Shown here piece by piece: positions 8,833 to 17,405 of a stretch of DNA of 64,000 nucleotides. The notes under the pieces are model-generated. The model ran no database searches. It saw nothing but the letters and a program-made list of their open reading frames with translations, and was not told where the DNA came from. This stretch comes from Candidatus Latescibacterota bacterium (GTDB taxonomy: Bacteria; Latescibacterota; UBA2968; GCA-2709665): positions 3,616,001 through 3,680,000 of the forward strand of contig OZ220733.1 in assembly GCA_965116875.1 (NCBI GenBank). Direction: 5' to 3'. The position numbers and the translations under genes are program-made. Position 1 is the first letter of the stretch. The number at the start of each line of letters is the position of its first letter.

Positions 8833-10626
8833 CTATGCGCTCAACCGATCCTCGAGGGCGTTGAGCTCAGTCAGCAGTCTCGCGGGCAGCCGATTTTCGA
8901 ACCCCGCGTAGAATTCGCGGATATCGGGCAGTTCGGCGCGCCAGGCGTCCGGGTCCACGGAAAGCAGCGCTTCAACGTCGGCTTCCGGGATGTCCAGGCC
9001 GTCCAGATCGAGGGCATCGGGGGTGGGCACGTAGCCGATCGGGGTTTCAACCGCATCGGCCGTGCCGTCAATCCGTTCGCAGATCCACTTGAGCACGCGG
9101 CTGTTCTCGCCGAATCCAGGCCAGAGCCAGTTCCCCTCGGCGTCTTTGCGAAACCAGTTCACATAGAAGATTCTGGGCGCGTTTTCGCCCAGCATGGCGC
9201 CGATTGCGAACCAGTGATTGAAATAGTCGCCCATATTATAGCCGCAGAAGGGGAGCATTGCGAAGGGATCTCTCCGCAGCTTGCCCACGGCGCCGGCTGC
9301 CGCGGCCGTGGTTTCGGACGCCATGATGGAACCGAGGAATACCCCATGCGTCCAGTCCAGCGCTTCGAAAACCAGAGGAACGACCGTTGAGCGCCGACCG
9401 CCGAAAATGAATCCGGACATCGGCACCCCGTCCGGATTCTCCCATTCCGGATCGATGACGGGGCACTGTGCCGCGGGTGCGGTGTACCTCGCGTTGGGAT
9501 TGGAAGCATTGTCTTCCGACGACGGCGTCCATTCGCGCCCTAGCCAGTCCTCCAGCCGGGCCGGCGGGTCGTCTGTCATCTCCTCCCACCAGACGTCGCC
9601 TTCGGGGGTGAGGGCCGTGTTGGTGAAGAGACTGTTTTTTTCAAGCGCCGCCATCGCGTGACCGTTGGATTTGAGGCTGGTGCCCGGCGCCACGCCGAAG
9701 AATCCGGCTTCCGGGTTGATCGCCCGGAGCGTGCCGTCGGGACCCTGGCGCATCCATGCGATATCGTCTCCGACGCAACTGGCCTTCCAGCCCGGGACCG
9801 TGGGCTGCAGCATGGCCAGGTTCGTCTTTCCGCACGCGGACGGAAAGGCGGCGCCGATATAATGTTTCCTGTTCTCGGGAGACGTGAGGCCCAGGATGAG
9901 CATATGCTCGGCCATCCATCCTTCGTCGCGGGCCATTGTCGATGCGATGCGAAGGGCGAAACACTTCTTGCCAAGCAGCGCATTGCCGCCGTAGCCGGAG
10001 CCGTAGGACCAGATGGAGGGCTCGTCGGGAAAGTGTACGATGTATTTCTGATCTGCGTCGCAAGGCCAGGAGACATCGGACTGTCCCGGCTCGAGCGGAG
10101 CGCCCACGGAATGCATGCAGGGGAGGAAGTCGCCGTCACCCAGGGCGTCCAGCACCGGATCGCCCGTTCGGGTCATAATGTGCATGCTGCAGACGACGTA
10201 AGGCGAGTCGGAGATTTCCACCCCGATTTTGGAGGTCGACGAACCGATGGGGCCCATGGAAAACGGGATGACGTACATCGTCCGGCCGCGCATGGAACCG
10301 TCGAACAGGCCCTTCAACGTACGTTTCATCTCGACCGGCTCCCGCCAGTTGTTGGTGGGTCCCACGTCCTCTTCGTCCGGCGTACAGATGTAGGTGCGGT
10401 CTTCCACTCGGGCGACGTCGCCCGCATCCGAGCGGGCGAGAAAGCTGTTGGGGCGAAGGTCCGGATTCAGCCGGATGAACGTCCCGGACCGGCACAGCAA
10501 ATCGGCAAGCCGATCGTACTCTTCGCTTGAACCGTTGCACCAGTAAACGTCTTTCGGTTGGCAGAGCCTGGTTGCTTCGTTGACCCAGTCCAGCAGTTTG
10601 CGGTTTGTGGTTCTTGCGTTTCTCAT
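8833..10626 (-). CDS. pckG: Phosphoenolpyruvate carboxykinase (GTP)
   Basis: [76 protein letters not shown]. Confidence 0.97.
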   Translation of the reverse strand: MRNARTTNRKLLDWVNEATRLCQPKDVYWCNGSSEEYDRLADLLCRSGTFIRLNPDLRPNSFLARSDAGDVARVEDRTYICTPDEEDVGPTNNWREPVEMKRTLKGLFDGSMRGRTMYVIPFSMGPIGSSTSKIGVEISDSPYVVCSMHIMTRTGDPVLDALGDGDFLPCMHSVGAPLEPGQSDVSWPCDADQKYIVHFPDEPSIWSYGSGYGGNALLGKKCFALRIASTMARDEGWMAEHMLILGLTSPENRKHYIGAAFPSACGKTNLAMLQPTVPGWKASCVGDDIAWMRQGPDGTLRAINPEAGFFGVAPGTSLKSNGHAMAALEKNSLFTNTALTPEGDVWWEEMTDDPPARLEDWLGREWTPSSEDNASNPNARYTAPAAQCPVIDPEWENPDGVPMSGFIFGGRRSTVVPLVFEALDWTHGVFLGSIMASETTAAAAGAVGKLRRDPFAMLPFCGYNMGDYFNHWFAIGAMLGENAPRIFYVNWFRKDAEGNWLWPGFGENSRVLKWICERIDGTADAVETPIGYVPTPDALDLDGLDIPEADVEALLSVDPDAWRAELPDIREFYAGFENRLPARLLTELNALEDRLSA

Positions 10627-10652
10627 TCGACTCCTTCCAGGGATTCATGGGG

Positions 10653-11690
10653 TCAGTCGGCGTACGCCAGGTCTTCCAGAACCGAGGCGTCCGCGACACG
10701 GCTTGATATGTCCACGTTGAAGAATTGTTCGATCGGGGCGAACAGTTCCGGATTGTTGCGCTGAACGGTTCGTGCGATTTCAAGTACCTGTTTCAGTCCC
10801 GCCCGATTCATTCGACCCAGCGGCCGCCTGCACGGACCGGCGGGCATGCCGAGTATATTCATCAGTGTCTTTATTGGCACGGGGTTGCGGGCCTTGACCT
10901 GCGTCGTCCCAAAGGGCGTCTCTTCGTTCGAGAGAACCGTGACCATTCCGAAAAGGGGTTTGAGCGCATCCGCCAGACGATCCGCTTCAGCCATATCGCC
11001 TTCCAGAATCGCCTGCGTAAAACGCTGAATGGGACCGGGAACCACATTGGACATGACGGAAATGACGCCGGTTGCGCCGATGCGGGCGTCTGTCATCATC
11101 GCGTAGGTGACGTCGTCGTCTCCGGAGAGTATATAGAAATCGTCGCCGCAGACTTCACGGGTCCGGGCCATGTTTTCCAGGTCGCCCGTGGCTTCTTTGA
11201 CGGTGTTGACGTTTCCGTATTCGCGGTGCAGGATGGCCAGGTCTTCCGGAAGCAGTTTTGTTCCCGAACGGCCGGGAATGACATAGGAGACCATCTGGAT
11301 TTCCGGGAAGGCTTCGGCGACCGGCGCGATGTATTCCCGGCGGATTTCAAGCGAACTGGGGCCGTTGTAATATGGATCTACCAGCAGCGCGGTATCGGCT
11401 CCGGCGTGTGCGGCGTGTTCCGTTGCGCGCAGGGTTTCCTCGGTGGAATTGCCGCCGGTGCCGGCGATTGCCCGGCATTGCCCTCCGGTCAGCGAGCAGA
11501 CCCGTTCGGTGACGCTGTTGTGTTCCCCGCTGTTGAGGGTTGGGCTTTCCCCGGTGGTGCCGACTGCCAGTACACCGTTAACTCCTTGCGAAACCTGAAA
11601 TTGGACGAGATTCTCCAACCCTGGTTCATCGACGCCTTTGTTGGGATCCAGGGGTGTGATGAGGGCCGTGTAACATCCGCTGAATAACAT
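10653..11690 (-). CDS. dapA: 4-hydroxy-tetrahydrodipicolinate synthase (long variant)
   Basis: TALITP, GTTGESPTL, PYYN, YVIPGR, VKEATG, SGDD, NPVPIK; GGAGGT SD before ATG 11690; lysine riboswitch upstream. Confidence 0.92.
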   Translation of the reverse strand: MLFSGCYTALITPLDPNKGVDEPGLENLVQFQVSQGVNGVLAVGTTGESPTLNSGEHNSVTERVCSLTGGQCRAIAGTGGNSTEETLRATEHAAHAGADTALLVDPYYNGPSSLEIRREYIAPVAEAFPEIQMVSYVIPGRSGTKLLPEDLAILHREYGNVNTVKEATGDLENMARTREVCGDDFYILSGDDDVTYAMMTDARIGATGVISVMSNVVPGPIQRFTQAILEGDMAEADRLADALKPLFGMVTVLSNEETPFGTTQVKARNPVPIKTLMNILGMPAGPCRRPLGRMNRAGLKQVLEIARTVQRNNPELFAPIEQFFNVDISSRVADASVLEDLAYAD

Positions 11691-11715
11691 GGGTTCACCT
11701 CCGGAATGAGTTACG

Positions 11716-11875
11716 CAGTCCGTTGGAAAAGTTGCTCTGCAGGCGAGGCCGAGCCATTGTGGTCGAAGACAAGGCGCGCGACCGAGTCCCATCCTGCGAT
11801 TCGGCGAGGGAGCGCAACGCAGGTTTTCGACCGCAAGGGCAGGCCGTAGCCCGGATGGACTTTTTCAACGGGCTG
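11716..11875 (+). mobile_element. MITE family A, 160-bp copy
   Basis: Imperfect TIRs CAGTCCGTTGGAAAAGT / ACTTTTTCAACGGGCTG; near-identical to 54721-55044 apart from that copy's nested insert. Confidence 0.85.
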
Positions 11876-11887
11876 TTTAGGGGAACC

Positions 11888-11935
11888 CAAAAAAAACAGC
11901 CGGTTCCCGTTGGGGATGGAGGCAAGGCCGGCCGT
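11888..11935 (-). terminator. Riboswitch expression-platform terminator
   Basis: On the minus strand: CGGCCGG...CCGGCTG followed by a T-run; contains CCTTGCC, complementary to GGCAAGG of the riboswitch P1 5' strand. Confidence 0.75.
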
Positions 11936-11956
11936 GCAAGTTCCAGCATGGATGGC

Positions 11957-12134
11957 GCAAGAGAGCACTCCACGGAGCTTTCCGTGACAGTCCAGAGGAT
12001 CTTATCCGATTGGACCAGCCCCTGTCTGCGGCGAAACAGATTCGGGACTTCGGCAGGTTCACCCTTTCACCGATGAGCCGATTACGCCTCGCATTCACCG
12101 GGTACTGTTGAAAACCTGCGCCTCTACCCTTGCC
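11957..12134 (-). ncRNA. Lysine riboswitch (L-box)
   Basis: Minus strand reads GGCAAGGGTAGAGGCGC...AGTA...GAAAGGG...GCCGAAG...CTGG...ACTGTCA...GGAGTGCTCTCTTGC; about 178 nt; directly upstream of dapA. Confidence 0.93.
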
Positions 12135-12147
12135 TTTCGAAAGCAAC

Positions 12148-12176
12148 AAATTAGACAATGGGCGGGTCCGTGTCAA
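12148..12176 (-). promoter_or_regulatory. Sigma70 promoter for the riboswitch-dapA operon
   Basis: TTGACA, 17 nt, TAATTT, just upstream of the aptamer. Confidence 0.7.
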
Positions 12177-12372
12177 GTGGAAAGATGAATTTCGGGGCCT
12201 CAGGTCGTCAGACAGCGGAGAATGAGCATTTTCCAGGCCGGAGAATGTGCAATTCGGCGCCAAGTTTTACTTTCGCGTAACGAATTCGTAGCCTATATTC
12301 CGATTTTTGTTTTCGTGCGTTGTGTCGGACGGAACCGTGCCGCCCGCATGGCATTTCCATGGAAGGTCGACT

Positions 12373-13611
12373 ATGCATTCATCTGAACCTCAGCGACACA
12401 CCCTGAAGAACGGAATTGAAGTCGTCGCCGAGTCCTTGCCCGGCGCCCAATCCGTTGTGGTTGCCTTCCGGTTCGGCTTCGGGGCGCGCGACGACCCTGC
12501 CGATCGGCTCGGGTTGGCCTGGGCTGCCGAAGAGACACTCCTCAAGGGAACGCCGGATCGCGACGCGCGCTCGATTTACGACGCTTTCGATTCCCTGGGC
12601 GCAAGACGCGGTTCGGCGACAGCCGTTGAATTCACGGAGTTCCAGGTGCAGCTCCTGCCCAGGCATTTTCCGAGGGGTTTGCGACTCTACGCCGAAGTGT
12701 TTTGCGGCGCATCCTTTCCGGACGAACAGGTTGAGGTGGCGAAAACGCTTGCGTTGGAGGAACTCAAGCGCCTGGAGGACAATCCGACCCACCAGGTTAT
12801 GTATATGACCTATCAGGCCGGGCTGGGGGATCCGATGGGGCGCAATCCGCTGGGAGAGGCGCCGACCATCGCGGCGATCGAACCGGGCGACGTACGCGGG
12901 TTCTGGCGGCGGCTGTGCAGCCCGCAGCGTCTTCTGATATCCGTGGCCGGCGGCCTCGGAACGGAGGAGATGTTCCGTGCCGTGGAAGAGGCGTTCGGCG
13001 GCTGGGAGAGGTCCGGGCCGCCGCCCGGGGATCCACTGCCGATTTCCGTGGCGAACCGGACGGTGCATCACACCAAAAAGTCCGAACAGGCGCACATCTG
13101 TCTGCTCTTCGGCGCCGCGCCGAGGGGACACGCGCTCTATTATCCCACGCAGCTCGCGGTTGCGGTACTCTCCGGCAGCGGGTCCAGCAGGCTGTTCACC
13201 GAGGTCCGGGAGAAGCGGGGGCTGGCGTACAGTGTCTCGGCCTCGTATCGCGCCCGTCGAGGCGGCGGATTGATTGCGCTGTATGCCGGTACCACGGCCG
13301 ACCGGGCCGACGAAACCCTGTCCGTGTGCCGGAAAGAGGTTGGGCGGGTCGCGGAGGATGTGACCCAGGCCGAGCTCGACAGGGCAAAGACTGTCCTGAA
13401 GGGACAGCTTTTCACAGCCGGTGATTTGCCGGAGGGTCGCGTGGGCAGTATGATGGACGGCCTGTTTATCGATGGGCGTCCGCGTTCCTTGCAGCAGATC
13501 GCGGCGGGTATAGACGGCGTGACATTGGACCGGATAACAGCCAGCCTGGAGGCCTTTCCACCGTCTCCTTCCACGATTGTGACCCTCGGGCCGCGGGCCC
13601 TGGGGTCGTAG
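12373..13611 (+). CDS. M16 (pitrilysin-family) peptidase, non-catalytic subunit
   Basis: LKNGI start, SSRLFTEVREKRGLAYSV; HxxEH replaced by WAAEE. Confidence 0.88.
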   Translation: MHSSEPQRHTLKNGIEVVAESLPGAQSVVVAFRFGFGARDDPADRLGLAWAAEETLLKGTPDRDARSIYDAFDSLGARRGSATAVEFTEFQVQLLPRHFPRGLRLYAEVFCGASFPDEQVEVAKTLALEELKRLEDNPTHQVMYMTYQAGLGDPMGRNPLGEAPTIAAIEPGDVRGFWRRLCSPQRLLISVAGGLGTEEMFRAVEEAFGGWERSGPPPGDPLPISVANRTVHHTKKSEQAHICLLFGAAPRGHALYYPTQLAVAVLSGSGSSRLFTEVREKRGLAYSVSASYRARRGGGLIALYAGTTADRADETLSVCRKEVGRVAEDVTQAELDRAKTVLKGQLFTAGDLPEGRVGSMMDGLFIDGRPRSLQQIAAGIDGVTLDRITASLEAFPPSPSTIVTLGPRALGS

Positions 13612-13642
13612 CGGGACTCGTCAGGATTTACGGGAGATTTGC

Positions 13643-14875
13643 ATGCAGTCACCGTTTTCCACCCATACGCTCGACAACGGGCTCCAGCTGGTGTTCGAGT
13701 CCATTCCCAGGATCAACTCCGCGGCGATCGGATTCTACGTGCATACCGGCTCGCGGGACGAACCGGCAGAACTTGCCGGCGTGTCGCACTTTCTCGAACA
13801 TATGTGTTTCAAGGGCACGGCCAACCGCGACTGGCGCCAGCTGAGTCTCGACGTAGACGATCTCGGCGCCATGTGGAACGCGTATACCTGGTGGGAGGGT
13901 ACCGCCTATTTTCACTGGGTGCAAAGCGAACGGGCGGGAAGCTCGGCGGAGATCCTTGCAGATATGATGCGGTCCACGCTTCCGGAAGACCAGTTCGACA
14001 TGGAGAAGAAGGTCATCCTGGAAGAGATCGCAATGTATCGCGACCGGCCGGACGCGCTGATTATTGACGAACTGATCCAGGAGGCATTTGCGGGGCATCC
14101 GCTCGGGCAGAGCGTTCTGGGGACCGAGGAAACGATCGGCCCGATCTCCAGGGAGCAGATGGCGGACTATTTCAACAGGCGATACGCGCCGGACAATATG
14201 ACGCTCGTCATTACCGGCAGATTCGATCGGGACTCGATGATTCGCACGGCTGAAACGCATTGCGGCGGATGGGAACCGGGGAAGGCCATTCGGGAGCAGG
14301 TGGAGCCCTCATTCCACCCGACCACGCGTGTGCTGGAGCGCCCGAACGTGATCCGCGAGCATATCGCAATGGCGTTTCCCGCACCCTGCGACTCGGATGA
14401 CTGGGCGACGACCGCGGACCTGCTCGCCCACTATCTCGGTGCGGCCAGCAACAGCCGTCTTTACTGGTCGGTTGTACAGAAGGGGCTCGCCGACGAGGCC
14501 TCGGCGGATTTCTACGGTTTCAGCGATACCGGTCTGTTCTACGTGTATGTCTCCGTCGATCCGGAAAACGTCCCGCAGGTGCTCGAGATTGTACGGAAAG
14601 AAATCGACGGCCTGAAGGGGGGAATCAACGGAGAAGCCCTCGCCAGATCCAGGACCAAACAGGCGACTGCCCTGGTTGTCGGCGGCGAACACGGACTCCG
14701 GCGATTCTCACAGATTGTTGGAAGCCTGAGTACGGAGACGCCGCTGAGGACGCTTGAAGAAGAGTTGGCCGAGATCGACGCCGTTACGCCGGAACGGGTG
14801 GCCGAATACCTGGAGCGTTTCCCTCTGGACAGCGACCCGGCGGTGGTGGCGCTTGGGCCGCTGGCGTCCATCTGA
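13643..14875 (+). CDS. M16 peptidase, catalytic subunit
   Basis: GSRDE..GVSHFLEHMCFKGT, NAYT, EKKVILEEI, HPLG..LG. Confidence 0.92.
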   Translation: MQSPFSTHTLDNGLQLVFESIPRINSAAIGFYVHTGSRDEPAELAGVSHFLEHMCFKGTANRDWRQLSLDVDDLGAMWNAYTWWEGTAYFHWVQSERAGSSAEILADMMRSTLPEDQFDMEKKVILEEIAMYRDRPDALIIDELIQEAFAGHPLGQSVLGTEETIGPISREQMADYFNRRYAPDNMTLVITGRFDRDSMIRTAETHCGGWEPGKAIREQVEPSFHPTTRVLERPNVIREHIAMAFPAPCDSDDWATTADLLAHYLGAASNSRLYWSVVQKGLADEASADFYGFSDTGLFYVYVSVDPENVPQVLEIVRKEIDGLKGGINGEALARSRTKQATALVVGGEHGLRRFSQIVGSLSTETPLRTLEEELAEIDAVTPERVAEYLERFPLDSDPAVVALGPLASI

Positions 14876-14999
14876 CTGACGATGTTGAGGTTGGACGATG
14901 CCCGTCAGGAGGCGGTGGCGGGCCCCGGGAAGGTCCGTATCCGCGCCGACTCAAAGACAGGGTTCCGGAACCGGGGATTTACAGGCCGGGACCGGCCGC

Positions 15000-16223
15000 T
15001 CAGGCGTAGCAGGCGAGGACGTCGTCGAGGGATCGGGTGGGTTCGAAGAAGGAGAGCACGCGCAGAAGCACGTCATCGACAATGGCGTCGGGGCACGAAG
15101 CACCTGACGTCAGCGCCACGCTCAGGGGGCGTTTGTCCGGCAGCCAGTCCGTTGTATGGGCGGCTTTTTTTGCGTCCAGGCTGAAATGGCGGATCAGGGT
15201 TTCCGAACGGATTTCATCCGCGCCTTTGATAAAATAGGTGGGCATCTGCTCGAGACAGAGTTCGACGATGTGGGACGTATTGGACGAGTTGTACCCGCCC
15301 ACGACCAGCGCCAGATCCGCATCCTGTTCGACGAGGACATACGTCGCGTTCTGGTTTTCATTGGTTGCGTAGCACAGGGTATCCGAAGTGTCGGCATAGT
15401 GATTCAGGATGTTTTCCTCTCCGTAACGGTCCGCCAGCGCGTCCCGGAGGATTGTTGCGATGTGCCGCGTTTCGGTTGCCAGCATGGTTGTCTGATTGAC
15501 GATTCCGATGCGATGGAGGTGTCGGTCCGGGTCAAAGCCCTCCGAGCATTTGTGGCCGAAGCGTTCGTAAAAAACGCTGCGATCCGCCTTGCCCCTGATG
15601 ACGTCTGCAAGCTCATGCGCCTCTTTCATGTCCAGCACCACGACCGTGGGCGCGTCTCGGACGCTGTGAGAGAAAGTGGCGCGCGTCTCCTGGTGGGTGT
15701 CGTTGCCGTGTACGACCACGGAGAATCCCGACTCACCCAGTTTGGCGCTTCGGTTCCAGACCCGCTCCACAAAGGGGCAGGTTGTGTTATACGTGTAAGC
15801 GTCAATGCCGCGGGACGCAAGCGCTTCCTGGATTTCAACCGTTGTGCCGAACGCGGGAACCACGACGATATCTTCCGGCGCAAGGTAATTCCACGGGATG
15901 AGCTGCATTCCGTACGGGTCGAATATGAATTCGACGCCCCTGTCCTTCAGGTCGTTGTTGACGTTCGGATTGTGGATCATTTCGTTGAGGAAATAGATGC
16001 GCCGGTCCGGGTGTTTCTCGAGCGTCCGGTAGGCGATTTCAATGGCGTTTTCCACGCCGAAACAGAACCCGAAATGACGGGCCAGGAGAAATCGGACCGG
16101 GCCGAAGTCGAGTACCGAGGGAGAAAGATCCCGTTTGCGCATGTCCTGCATCTGCCTGTACGCCTTCACGCGCGATATGACGGGACTCTTGTAAAATTCA
16201 GGAATGTCGAATTTGCGTGCCAT
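15000..16223 (-). CDS. ispH: 4-hydroxy-3-methylbut-2-enyl diphosphate reductase (long type)
   Basis: FGFCFGVENA, EMIHNP, PAFG, TTCPFV, NQTTM, DTLCYAT, VGGYNSSNT, TSGASCPD. Confidence 0.95.
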   Translation of the reverse strand: MARKFDIPEFYKSPVISRVKAYRQMQDMRKRDLSPSVLDFGPVRFLLARHFGFCFGVENAIEIAYRTLEKHPDRRIYFLNEMIHNPNVNNDLKDRGVEFIFDPYGMQLIPWNYLAPEDIVVVPAFGTTVEIQEALASRGIDAYTYNTTCPFVERVWNRSAKLGESGFSVVVHGNDTHQETRATFSHSVRDAPTVVVLDMKEAHELADVIRGKADRSVFYERFGHKCSEGFDPDRHLHRIGIVNQTTMLATETRHIATILRDALADRYGEENILNHYADTSDTLCYATNENQNATYVLVEQDADLALVVGGYNSSNTSHIVELCLEQMPTYFIKGADEIRSETLIRHFSLDAKKAAHTTDWLPDKRPLSVALTSGASCPDAIVDDVLLRVLSFFEPTRSLDDVLACYA

Positions 16224-16226
16224 AGC

Positions 16227-16286
16227 TAACCAGGATTCGTCGGTTTTCGGGGACGTTAACCTTGATTCGTAAGTCTTCGGGGACGT
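16227..16286. repeat. Two tandem 30-bp imperfect repeats immediately upstream of ispH
   Basis: TAACCAGGATTCGTCGGTTTTCGGGGACGT / TAACCTTGATTCGTAAGTCTTCGGGGACGT (25/30 by my count). Confidence 0.85.
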
Positions 16287-16615
16287 TAATTCGAATATGT
16301 GCTTGTAAATAAGGGCGATTAAACTGCTGATTACCAGGATACACCAGGACACTGTACGTGAACGGAAAAAATGTCCTTCTTTACGTCGATAACTCCCCGT
16401 TTCGGAGGGTTTTATCGCGTCGCCGCGTTGCTGTTTTTTCGGATTGAGGTTAATTCGTTATATGTGCAAGTCGATAGGGGCGATTAGACTGCAGATTACC
16501 AGGATACACCAGGTAAGCAGGACGTGAACGAAAAAGATGCCCTTCCTGACGACCATTTCGGCCCGTATCGGGTAGTTTCGTCGGGGTGCCGCGTTGCGGA
16601 ATCTGCGTAATTGAG
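16285..16615. repeat. Two diverged tandem ~164-bp non-coding repeats
   Basis: Units 16285-16448 and 16449-16615 share GTTAATTCG..ATATGTGC, GGGCGATTA, GATTACCAGGATACACCAGG, ACGTGAACG, GCCGCGTTGC, ATTGAG. Confidence 0.85.
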
Positions 16616-16686
16616 TCTGATAAATCGTAGTGGAATCCCCGCGCCCGGTAACGCGGCGGAATCTCCTTGACGGTTGCTCCTGCTCC

Positions 16687-17136
16687 TCAATCCTGCCCGG
16701 TACTCCCGAACCCGCCTCGATCGGGCGCGTCGAGGCGTTCCGTTTCATCCCAGTCGGCCTGGACGATGCGTACGAATATCCCCTGTGCAAGCCGTTCACG
16801 CCGCCGGACACGTACCGGGCCGTCTGTAAAGTTGTAAACCTGGACGTGGATTTCGTCATTGGGCCCGCGGTAATCCTGATCGACTATGCCCATGCCGTTC
16901 GGTACCATCAGGCCCTTTCTGTGCGGCAGGCTGCTTCGGGCGGCAAGCAGGAGCATGTATCCCGGTGGAACGGCAACGATGAGATTGGCCGGGACAAGCC
17001 GGATTTCGCCCGGCGGGACCACGACGTCCTTCCTGCAGAGCAGATCGAATCCGACCGAGCCGGGAGTCTGGTGGCGCGGTAGAGGGAGCGACGGGTCCAC
17101 CCTCCTGATCCGGATTTTCTTTCGGTACTCGCCCAG
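16687..17136 (-). CDS. dut: dUTP diphosphatase (trimeric)
   Basis: GSVGFDL, ARSS, GIVDQDYRG, RLAQ, RGGFGSTG; start uncertain (CTG 17136 or GTG 17100). Confidence 0.92.
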   Translation of the reverse strand: MGEYRKKIRIRRVDPSLPLPRHQTPGSVGFDLLCRKDVVVPPGEIRLVPANLIVAVPPGYMLLLAARSSLPHRKGLMVPNGMGIVDQDYRGPNDEIHVQVYNFTDGPVRVRRRERLAQGIFVRIVQADWDETERLDAPDRGGFGSTGQD

Positions 17137-17189
17137 CGTGGCGCTTCCTTTATCTACGGCCTGTCATCAGCAGGTTTATCAATGAAACC

Positions 17190-17218
17190 ATATTAACCAT
17201 CTGCTCGATTGCTGTCAA
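17190..17218 (-). promoter_or_regulatory. Sigma70 promoter for dut (and possibly ispH)
   Basis: TTGACA, 17 nt, TAATAT. Confidence 0.7.
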
Positions 17219-17405
17219 CAGTTTTCCTGAAATTGACGCGAAAAACCGTCGTTACGGACTGCCGTTATGGCTTGACTTTCCGGTACCCCGTCGCAATCAT
17301 ATACAGCGTAAATCCGATGCGTACAGAAGCCCGCGGACACCAACGCGTCGGCGTGTAAAACGCGGTGTCGGCGCGGCCGAAACCATTCTGTGGATTGGAT
17401 GAGAG

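Noticed and set aside
16227-16615. CRISPR array or type I toxin peptides in the tandem repeats
   Set aside because: Only two units with no unique spacers and no cas genes. The hydrophobic peptide (MVVRKGIFF...WCILVI) is frameshifted in the other copy and lacks an SD, so coding is unsupported.
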